The position numbers and the translations under genes are program-made. Shown here piece by piece: positions 56,223 through 64,000 of a stretch of DNA of 64,000 bases (position 1 is the stretch's first letter; every line of letters starts with the position of its first letter). The notes under the pieces were generated by a model. That model had not been told where the DNA came from. It worked only from the letters and a program-made list of their open reading frames with translations, and searched no databases. The stretch comes from Polyangia bacterium (GTDB lineage Bacteria > Myxococcota_A > Polyangia > JAAYKL01), in contig JBNLED010000218.1 of the NCBI GenBank assembly GCA_050304755.1, positions 18,489-82,488 of the forward strand, written 5' to 3'.

Positions 56223-56531
56223 TTACCATCCCTCCGTCAGGGCGTATAGGTCGTCGATCAGGATGGTGTGCCCCAGCACGGTCTGGAGGGTCTTGGTGAC
56301 GGTCTGGTTTTCGAGGACGACCTCCTTCTCAAGGATCCCCACGGCGATATCCGGACCGGTCTCCTCGTCGCTGCTGCTACTGTCCGCGTCAGAACCGGTG
56401 TCGGGGAAGCCGTCCATGGTCGAGGTATCGCGTGCAACATATGACCCGGCCGGTCCGTTGCTCGTGTCCGAGCAGGAGAAGAACAAAACGCACAGACCGG
56501 GTAGTAGTCGAACCGCGCTCGAGTGGGTCAT
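56223..56531 (-). CDS. small lipoprotein hypothetical
   Basis: MTHSSAVRLLPGLCVLFFSCSD lipobox. ~100 aa. Confidence 0.45.
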   Translation of the reverse strand: MTHSSAVRLLPGLCVLFFSCSDTSNGPAGSYVARDTSTMDGFPDTGSDADSSSSDEETGPDIAVGILEKEVVLENQTVTKTLQTVLGHTILIDDLYALTEGW

Positions 56532-57178
56532 GAGAAACCGCCTCCTTTGGGGTGTATTGGGATGGAAGTAACCGATTTGATTTGTCTGATAGTCCATTCC
56601 AAAGGTGGAGATGTGCGAAGAATGTGCCAATGCCTGGACGACACATATCTATAATAATTACGAGATATAATAGATTGTGCCAAAAACAGGATTGTGCCAC
56701 CTCGACCCTCCCCGCGGCCCGATCGACCCTTCCCGCGGCCCGATCGACCTCGCCCGATCTCCGATGTCTTTTTACCTTCAGGGAAAATTATTCACGCCGT
56801 CCACTCCGGCCGCCGCCTTTCGCTTGAGCGAATAATACGACTCCCGTAGAAGCTCAATGGTGATGTGGTGAAAGAGCGCGGTGAACCCCCGCTGTCGCGA
56901 CTTCGAATACCGACTTCGAATACCGACGGGAATGGACTCACCAGATGGCGAAGTCAACGCACCAGTTTATCCTTTTGATATATAATATTGCGGGAGTCTT
57001 GCTACTATCATAACCTTTGGGGAAAAGAACAGTCGGTAAAAGTGAATGAGGTTTGCGGTGGAAGGTCAGATTTTTGGGGATTCAGAAGAAAGCGGAGATG
57101 ATCGGATCTTGGATTTGAACGCTCATGTGCAAACGAAGAGGGCGCTCATTTGTCGTACCCGTACAGCGGGGGGGCCTC

Positions 57179-58906
57179 ATGAAAACAAAAGCACTATGCT
57201 ATTTGACGGCCCTGCTCTTCTATAGCCAATCGGGTTGTTACAAGACCTCGGCGGAAGAACAGGATTCGAATTCATCGACCCGCGGCACGAGCGACGCTGA
57301 TGGTGATGCCGACTCGGACGCGGACACAGACGCGGAGGTTTATGTAGATACGGATTCGTCGCCGAAGGGGGATAGTGACGGGGATGTCGATACGGATACG
57401 GATTCATCCACGGAAGGGGACACCGACACAGATACTGACGGAGATACGGACAGCTCCGACTCGGAAAGAGGCGGGTCTATTGACACCCAACCCATTCGGG
57501 ACACGGACACCATACAAGAAAGCAACGGGAAGCTTGTCTGGGTGATTCAGGCAGGGGGCCCCCTCGACGACGGCGTTTCGGCGATCGTGCCACTGCAGGA
57601 CGAATCGTTCTGGATTGTCGGACGATATGCGGACGGCGCGGTTTTCGGCGAAGACGATCCCAGCGAGACCGTATTGTCCGCAACGAATGAACAAACCGGC
57701 TATCTCGCCAAATACCATGCAGACGGCACGTTGGATTTTGTAAAACCCGTGGCCGGCGGCGGCGAGACCGATGTCCAGTCCGTCGCAGCAGCGCCTGATG
57801 GGGCGATCTGGGTTGTCGGCGAGTTTTCAGGCACCGCCGAATTCGAACAAGGCGAGCCGAGTGAAACGACCCTCATCGCTACGGATTGGTCCGATATCTT
57901 CATCGCGAGATATCATTTTGACGGTGCACTAAGCTTCGTCACCTATGTGGATCGCACCGGCAGCTCCGGACACCAGGTGCCGGCGCGTATTTCAGTCGCG
58001 GATGACGGCACGATTTGGGTGTTGGGACGGTTTGAGGGAACCGCCGTACTGGGCGCTGACGAGCCCAATGAAACCACATTGGAATCTGCCGGGGGGGTCG
58101 ACCTTTTCATCGCCAAGTACAATGCCGATGGTTCTCTAAACGCTGCCAAGCGGGTGGGTGGCGATGCCGGCGAGGATGTGGGATACTCCCTGTCGGTGCA
58201 GGAGGACGGGGCGGTTTGGATATCCGGAGTGTACTGGGGCGACGTGATATTCGGCCGGGGCGAGGTCAACGAAACCGTGTTGACATCGATCAATAACAAC
58301 GTCTTCATCGCCAAGTACAATGCCGACGGCACGCTGGCGCAGGCCCAAACGCTGCTGGGAACGGAGTGGGGATGGGAGCCGAGGGTCGCCGCACTCGCGG
58401 ACGGCTCGTTGTGGGTGACGGGCATGTACTACGGCAACACCACTCTCGACCCGGGCGGTCCAAACGAAAGTCCCTTGGCTTCAAGCGGCCAGTTCGATCT
58501 CTATTTGGCCAGGTATCAGCCCGATGGCGCCCTTGTTTCTGCGTCGCGAATCGCCGGGACCGGATGGGATGAGTACAGCCGGATCGCCGTCTCAGAGGAC
58601 GATACCTTTTGGATCACCGGTATGTTTCAGAACACTGTCGTGTTCGGGGAAGGCGGAGTGAATGAAACCCCGTTGACCGCGAGCACCGGTGGATACAGCC
58701 GATTCATCGCCAAGTACCGGGACAACGGGACATTGGCATTTGTCAAAGAGACTGGCGCCAGCCAGGAGATCACGGCGGAGTCCGGCGGCTCGGCCTGGGT
58801 TATCGGTACTTTCGGCGATACCGCAACCTTTGGAAAAGGGGAACCCAATGAGGTCACCCTCACCACAAGAGGGGAAGCGGATATTTCGGTTGCGAAATAT
58901 CGATGA
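57179..58906 (+). CDS. lipoprotein with poly-Asp linker and 7-8 SBBP-type beta-propeller repeats
   Basis: Signal LTALLFYSQSGC. Repeats D[IL]F[IL]A[KR]Y..DG.L (DIFIARYHFDGALSFV, DLFIAKYNADGSLNAA, NVFIAKYNADGTLAQA...). Confidence 0.75.
   Translation: MKTKALCYLTALLFYSQSGCYKTSAEEQDSNSSTRGTSDADGDADSDADTDAEVYVDTDSSPKGDSDGDVDTDTDSSTEGDTDTDTDGDTDSSDSERGGSIDTQPIRDTDTIQESNGKLVWVIQAGGPLDDGVSAIVPLQDESFWIVGRYADGAVFGEDDPSETVLSATNEQTGYLAKYHADGTLDFVKPVAGGGETDVQSVAAAPDGAIWVVGEFSGTAEFEQGEPSETTLIATDWSDIFIARYHFDGALSFVTYVDRTGSSGHQVPARISVADDGTIWVLGRFEGTAVLGADEPNETTLESAGGVDLFIAKYNADGSLNAAKRVGGDAGEDVGYSLSVQEDGAVWISGVYWGDVIFGRGEVNETVLTSINNNVFIAKYNADGTLAQAQTLLGTEWGWEPRVAALADGSLWVTGMYYGNTTLDPGGPNESPLASSGQFDLYLARYQPDGALVSASRIAGTGWDEYSRIAVSEDDTFWITGMFQNTVVFGEGGVNETPLTASTGGYSRFIAKYRDNGTLAFVKETGASQEITAESGGSAWVIGTFGDTATFGKGEPNEVTLTTRGEADISVAKYR
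57295..57470 (+). repeat. Asp-codon-rich low-complexity repeat (GACGCGGAC/GATACGGAT units)
   Basis: Encodes DADGDADSDADTDAE...DTDTDTDGDTDSSDS. Confidence 0.6.
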
Positions 58907-58980
58907 GTCGAGCACAAGATGATTCAGGTATTACCTTTACGGCCTCGTAGAACATCCTCTGTTTGAAGGTCGTCATCGAG

Positions 58981-59975
58981 TTACTCGCCGAGGATGAACG
59001 CGCGTCTCCCATCGACGAAGTTACGGATCTCGTCCACGCGGCTCAGGTATTCGGAATTGTCGGCCCGTTTCCTGCCGTCGGCCATCAGATCCGGTGCGGC
59101 GCGGCAGAGGAGATTATCGATGCGGCCGTCGATGAACTCCCTGTTGAACGTCGTGGAGAGGACGTGTTCCACCAACTCGCAGAACCGATCCTGGTATTCG
59201 GGGATGTCGTACAACCTCGTCATCAGGTGATTGCAGAAGCCGGGACAGATCCCTTCATCAAGGGACGCGTCGGTGATAATCGCTTCATCGAGAACGCCGT
59301 TCTCCTCTGACCAGAGATGGCCGAACGTCAACTCGAGGCCCCAGGGGAAGACCACCCATCTGTCATCCGGAGACTCGGGGTCCCTGTAGAGGTAGTAGTT
59401 CTTCTTGATGTGATCGTGGTTCTGAATGACGGCCATGACGGCCATATGGACGAGATACTCGTTGACATCCAATACCTCATTGATGGCGACCTCGAAATCG
59501 TCTTCGGGAAGCTGAAGGGGTTCTCGATGAGGTCGTCATGTGGGATATCGCCCTTTTTATGGTTGTAGATGCAATCGTAGGTGTCGAGAGAATCCACCGG
59601 CGTCATATCACCCCCCGGCGACCAGCAACTGCTGTCGGGATCGGCCTCGTACATGCTGCCGGTCTCGTTGTTCAACCCCCTCACTCTCAGAAAGTCCCCG
59701 CCGATTCGCTCCAGATGCCACATGACGCCGTAATACTGCCCGTTGATTCTCAAGTGGACCATCTCGGCCTGCGGCGTAGGAATCCACGACGCGTTTCGGA
59801 ACAGCTCCAGACCGAGGTAGTTGCGCAGCATGGACTTGTCGTTCCACTCGGCCCGCAGAATAAGGCGATCGTGTGTATCCGCTAAGGCGCTATTGTGATA
59901 TCCAAGCCGCCTTGATCTGTGGCTTGGTGATACCGCATCCCCCGTCGTTGCCGTGCTTTTGGTTGCGCGGAACAC
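58981..59975 (-). pseudogene. CotH-family (spore-coat-protein-H-like kinase fold) gene with a frameshift near 59470-59530
   Basis: Upstream frame VHLRINGQYYGVMWHLERIGGDFL plus downstream frame KNYYLYRDPESPDDRWVVFPWGLELTFG are both CotH hallmarks. They sit in different frames with ~145 nt overlap. Confidence 0.6.
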
Positions 59976-60681
59976 GAACGGTCCGGACCTCCGGCATCTC
60001 TTGTTCCACGGCGTTGATGTTGGTCCCGGAGTCGTCCCAGAAGATGACCCGGGCGCGGTCTTCGGCGCGGTCGGGGATCATTCCATAGTGAACCATGATC
60101 CGCTTGATGGCCCGGGGTTTCGAGAGGGCGGGCGCCATCTGATAGGCGCACCCGGGGCAGTTCCAGTTTGCCCGGCTGTCTATTTCCGGATAGGAAAACG
60201 CACCGCCCTCTCGCCCGTAGCGCTCGGAGCCGGTCAGCTCGGGGAACTGATCCTCCGACACGATGGGGACCACCTTGTCGTCCCAGCATCCGTCAACGTC
60301 TGCATGGCTGGCGATTCCGATGAACGCCCCCCTTCGGACACACTCGGCCACGGCTTCCCGTGCCGCGATGCCGAGGCACTGATCATTCCAACTGTAGGTG
60401 CCGCACCTGTTGGTTCGACAATGAAACGCTGTTTTATCTTCATCCGGAATCTGTGGGCATGCGTGACTCGAAAGGGTGAGGTCGTAGTCGAATACACACA
60501 GCTCACCTGACGGGATACCCGCCCGCTCCTCGGCCCGAGGCGTCGCAGGCACCATCGATACCTCCGGCGCACCGGGCAGGCCGTCCGAGGCGGCGCCGGT
60601 CTCAGCGGCGACAGCGGCGCCGCCACAGTGGAGCAACATCACCATGTGTATTGACACTATTGAGATTCTCAATGTCGCCAT
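59890..60681 (-). CDS. secreted hypothetical protein with HAD-like DxDxT motif (FDYDLTL) - possible secreted phosphatase
   Basis: Signal IVSIHMVMLLHCGGAAVAA. DYDLT at the position expected for HAD motif I, later WDDSG. Tentative. Confidence 0.5.
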   Translation of the reverse strand: MATLRISIVSIHMVMLLHCGGAAVAAETGAASDGLPGAPEVSMVPATPRAEERAGIPSGELCVFDYDLTLSSHACPQIPDEDKTAFHCRTNRCGTYSWNDQCLGIAAREAVAECVRRGAFIGIASHADVDGCWDDKVVPIVSEDQFPELTGSERYGREGGAFSYPEIDSRANWNCPGCAYQMAPALSKPRAIKRIMVHYGMIPDRAEDRARVIFWDDSGTNINAVEQEMPEVRTVRVPRNQKHGNDGGCGITKPQIKAAWISQ

Positions 60682-60785
60682 GCTACCTTCTCTCGCGGGT
60701 GGTTTCGTTTTATGTACTTGTATAGCACGTTATCGAGGTCAGTCAGCTCTACCCCGCCCCATGGATTGAGGCTATACCCGGGTTA

Positions 60786-60920
60786 TCCTTTATCTTTTGG
60801 AGATCCCCACCCAGGTTATCCTTTATCTTTTAATTTCAAGGAGATCCAACTTTATTGGAAACCTTTGGTCCTCTTCGTCCGATAGGGAGGGCATGACACT
60901 GCCAAAACAAGTATTGCCAA
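60786..60920 (+). mobile_element. MITE-like element copy C (duplicated left end plus conserved core, right half missing)
   Basis: CCCGGGTTATCCTTTATCTTTT appears twice, then ...GGTCCTCTTCGTCCGATAGGGAGGGCATGACACTGCCAAAACAA, identical to copies A and B. No right TIR follows. Confidence 0.55.
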
Positions 60921-61233
60921 ACACCACGTACCTCGTCACACGACGGTGCACTCAAAGAGTAAGAGTAGGGACACCAGCGCCATACTGATTTTTTTTTCAA
61001 CCAGCGGTCTCTGGTGCCCCCTCTTCCGAACCCAGTGTGCACCTTTCGTTGTGCACTGGCTCTCCATAAATCAGAATTATTGCATGAAACCGTGCAGCGA
61101 CTGCTTGATTGCCGCGGGGATTCGACATTATGATGTCCAAGTGCTGGATCTACGCTGACCGAGGTCGCGAGGACGTACGCCGCAAGCTGCGTGGAAGTGC
61201 GCGATTGTATTAGCGTTCAAACTGTTCGGTGCT

Positions 61234-61707
61234 CTATAAAGACAGGCACGCCGCTTCATCTTGCGTCCACATGTCGAGCAGATCGCAATAGAAGAGATAC
61301 CCGGCGTCCGCGCAGCCTGCTGCAGACCACTCGGCATCGTCCATCTCATAGAGACACTCCCCTCGGAAGGCGTTGTAGCAGGCGGCTGAACCGTCCATGG
61401 TCCACACGCAGGCTCCGGCGGGCTCGTCCAGGCATTTGTAGTCGGTCCAGGTGCCGTCCTCGCAGTCGACGAATCCCGCTGTTTCGCACCGCTCCTCCAC
61501 CCGTTCTCCAAACCGAAAATCGCAGACCCATTGGGTCGCGTCGACGCAGACGTAGTCGGAGTTGTGCTCGTCCATCATATCACTCCAGATGAGGCACCCG
61601 GAAATGACGTCCGTCTTTTTGTTTTCGACAAAATAGGCATCGTCCGTGCACGCCGCCGCGAGCGTCGATGCCAAAAAGAGGAGAATAGATATGGCCTTGT
61701 TGAGCAT
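61234..61707 (-). CDS. Cys-rich acidic small lipoprotein
   Basis: MLNKAISILLFLASTLAAAC lipobox, 16 Cys in 157 aa. Confidence 0.5.
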   Translation of the reverse strand: MLNKAISILLFLASTLAAACTDDAYFVENKKTDVISGCLIWSDMMDEHNSDYVCVDATQWVCDFRFGERVEERCETAGFVDCEDGTWTDYKCLDEPAGACVWTMDGSAACYNAFRGECLYEMDDAEWSAAGCADAGYLFYCDLLDMWTQDEAACLSL

Positions 61708-61885
61708 GGTTACCTTCCCGTGGACCCGGTTATCCTATTGGGAAACCAGGGCTACGGCAAAGAAAAAATAGGATGGTCCGCTGGGACTTCCAAAGAGAAC
61801 CGTAGACGCGCCGGGAGATCTATCGCATAAATGGGGGAGCTTATCGAATGGCTCTGTTTCGCAACCACGGAGGGGCATGGGGTCC

Positions 61886-63220
61886 ATGAATCGAAGCAAA
61901 TGGCTAACGGTGCAGGCGCTCGGCATTCTATTCGCGGCAGTGGTTTGTTGTCTGCCAGAAGCCGGGGAGGCCGGAAACAGTCGCGCCTTCTTCCTCGGCG
62001 ACGAAGCCGCGATGACGGGCGGAGCCGGCGTGGCGGTCTCGCGGGACTCCGGTTCCATCTGGTACAATCCCGCGGGGCTGGGCGGGCTGCACTTCGGCCG
62101 CATGGAGCTCACCGCCACCGCTTACAAGCTCAAGATAAGAAGGATCGAGGATTTTATCGTCGCGGATCTGCCCGGCGGCACCTTGCACAAAGACATGAGC
62201 GTCAACTCCTTCGGCGCGGTCCCCACCTCCGTGGTGTTCGTGAGAAACCTCAACGAAGACATCAGCTACGGCCTGGCGATATATCAGACCGGCAACCTGT
62301 CTCAATCGGTTCGTATCGAGATTGACGAATCGTTGTCGGTGGGGCGCTGGGGGCTCGGCATCGAGGACCACGAGGTGGCCGTTACCTATCATATCGGCCC
62401 GGCCATCGGATGGCAGATAACACCCCGGCTCAGGGTCGGCGCCTCGCTTTTCGTCATCTACGATTCGTATACACAGAATCAGCAGGAGTTCTTGTCGCTC
62501 TCGGTCTCGGATTCGTCGGGACAAACCGATTATTCGTATCTCTGGAGCCTCTACTACGATGCCGCATCAATCGGATTCATGATTCAGGCGGGGCTCCAGT
62601 GGGAGTTTGTCGAGAACTGGCACGCGGCCCTGGTGCTGCGCTCCCCGACCATGAACTTTCACTACAGCGAAAATGAGATTGTGTACGACCTCACCATTGA
62701 CGAAGATTTCGAAGACGAATCATTCGGGGACCAGGAAGCGATCAGCGAGTGGGATTTCGATTCGGGCCCGGACATGGAGACGCAAATCGGCCTGGCGTAT
62801 AAAACTGATAAATTCTGGATCGCGGCAGAGGCCGCCTTTCGTCCACCGGCCAATGAGTACGAGGACTGGCTCTGGAACGCCAGCCTCGGAAGCCGGTTTC
62901 AAGTGACGAAAACCATTAATATGGGCGCGGGCGTCTTCACCGACCGGTCAAAGGGGCTGGAGCCGACCTACTTTCTGGAGGAGAGCACGGATCGGTACGG
63001 TATAAGCCTTGGCCTCGAGAACCGTACCCCGGTCACCGTCAAGAAGGAGGGGGGCGATACCTCTCTCGAATGGACCACTACCCTGGCCGTGATCTACTCG
63101 TTCGAAATCGGTCAGGTGGGATCCCTGGCGTTCGATTCGGAGAGCTTTGGAGAGGTGGTCCTGACCGATGTCCTGTTTCATCAGGTGTTCCTCCACCTGG
63201 GAACGGCGCTCTATTTCTAA
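61886..63220 (+). CDS. FadL/OMPP1/TodX-family outer-membrane hydrophobic-compound transporter
   Basis: N-terminal AAMTGGAGVA...SIWYNPAGL hallmark. Ends in aromatic F (beta-barrel C-terminal signature). Confidence 0.75.
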   Translation: MNRSKWLTVQALGILFAAVVCCLPEAGEAGNSRAFFLGDEAAMTGGAGVAVSRDSGSIWYNPAGLGGLHFGRMELTATAYKLKIRRIEDFIVADLPGGTLHKDMSVNSFGAVPTSVVFVRNLNEDISYGLAIYQTGNLSQSVRIEIDESLSVGRWGLGIEDHEVAVTYHIGPAIGWQITPRLRVGASLFVIYDSYTQNQQEFLSLSVSDSSGQTDYSYLWSLYYDAASIGFMIQAGLQWEFVENWHAALVLRSPTMNFHYSENEIVYDLTIDEDFEDESFGDQEAISEWDFDSGPDMETQIGLAYKTDKFWIAAEAAFRPPANEYEDWLWNASLGSRFQVTKTINMGAGVFTDRSKGLEPTYFLEESTDRYGISLGLENRTPVTVKKEGGDTSLEWTTTLAVIYSFEIGQVGSLAFDSESFGEVVLTDVLFHQVFLHLGTALYF

Positions 63221-63624
63221 CAAGACCCCCTGAAAACCGCGTGGTCGGTCATTTGGCAGACATGTGACGGTCATTTGGCGGATCGGGCGCGAACGTTACG
63301 CGCCCCGCGAGCAACCCTCCGAGCAACCCTCACCAGGCAACGGATAAATAGTATAAAAACGGTATGTTGTAATGTGTTGCAATATGAACTTTACGACAGA
63401 CGGCCTTTTCATTGGTTTTCTCTAGCGTTCATGGAAGCCTATTACGAAACAGACCAGAAAGACCCTGCCCTTCTCGGACACATTGCCCAAATAGTTTCCA
63501 TTTCAGGATGCTTTACTTCAAAAAGGTCTGTAACCGACTGTAATGACTATATCTATCCATTGGGTGGTGACGGTTACACAGCCTTCTCGGCGGAGACGCC
63601 GCCCTCTATTCAATGCTGTAGACG

Positions 63625-64000
63625 TCAGTCGAGAAACTCGTCGCGAAGGATGATGTCGCCGAACTGGGAGGGGACCCACCACAGGTCGCTGATGGCGTAC
63701 CATCGCACGAGACTGTCTCGTTCGAGGCTGCTGTCCGGTCGGCCGCCGTCGTCGTCGTCCACGCCGATGTCGAACCCGATGGTGCGGTTGTCCTCCGGTG
63801 TGACGCTCAGATACTCCCATTTGATGGCGATCTCCAGCGAGTAACCGGGGCCGTCGAGCTTGTGCCAGGCCACGCTGATGCGGGGGACTTCATCGCTGTA
63901 ATCGCTCCGTCTGCAGTGGGCCGAGTCGTCGCCGTAGGTGAACTGACAGTGGTCGTCGAAAGCATCCAGCGCGGTGCCGCCGTTGTGATTTCCGTCAAAG
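63625..64000 (-). CDS. 3' end of a secreted protein (carbohydrate-binding/DOMON-like domain?), 5' partial beyond window
   Basis: The minus frame is open to the window edge (...FDGNHNGGTALDAFDDHCQF...VAWHKLDGPGYSLEIAIKWEYL...GFDIGVDDDD). Domain guess is low confidence. Confidence 0.5.
   Translation of the reverse strand, partial: FDGNHNGGTALDAFDDHCQFTYGDDSAHCRRSDYSDEVPRISVAWHKLDGPGYSLEIAIKWEYLSVTPEDNRTIGFDIGVDDDDGGRPDSSLERDSLVRWYAISDLWWVPSQFGDIILRDEFLD

Noticed and set aside
63275-63844. 189-aa plus-strand ORF near the window end
   Set aside because: The minus-strand frame across the same region is open to the window edge and encodes a coherent acidic beta-rich domain. The plus ORF is Arg/Ser-rich noise.

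Overview
This is a high-GC (about 65-70%) Gram-negative-type sequence; the MopE-like Cys motifs, Ser/Thr kinase, LRR proteins and many lipoproteins point to a Myxococcota-like lineage, but that is inference. I found no rRNA, tRNA or CRISPR.

The first ~12 kb looks like a core housekeeping block, all on the + strand. It contains a partial Ser/Thr kinase, a large anchored periplasmic protein, murI, a UPF0158-like protein, rimI, a lipoprotein, an LD-carboxypeptidase, lipB and a flavoprotein.

From 12.2 kb to the end the window is accessory and dominated by secreted proteins and lipoproteins, often with poly-Asp/Thr linkers. Notable members are a Pmp-like (GGA[ILV]/FxxN) beta-helix lipoprotein, three LRR proteins, a GH30 hydrolase, a DUF1566 protein, two tandem ~860-890 aa Cys-rich (MopE-like) Gly-rich giant proteins, a DHOD-like protein followed by two tandem arylsulfotransferase-like paralogs, an ECF sigma/anti-sigma pair, an SBBP-propeller lipoprotein and a FadL-like porin.

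The mobile and repeat content is the most distinctive part. There is an IS200/RayT-like Y1 transposase bracketed by arrays of REP-like hairpins (GGGACCTCCGTCCC) and a duplicated 44-bp junction. There is also a previously unrecognised ~300-320 bp MITE-like family with inverted ends GATCCCCACCCGGGTT, present at five loci. Two copies of it directly flank a lower-GC hypothetical lipoprotein gene that sits next to a formylglycine-generating-enzyme pseudogene fragment. A frameshifted CotH-like pseudogene and a ~50% GC SDR gene lie among further MITE fragments.

I could not pin down a single obviously complete novel system. The strongest candidates are the tandem giant MopE/beta-helix proteins, the MITE-flanked cassette, and the REP-associated transposase with its two-gene neighbour module.
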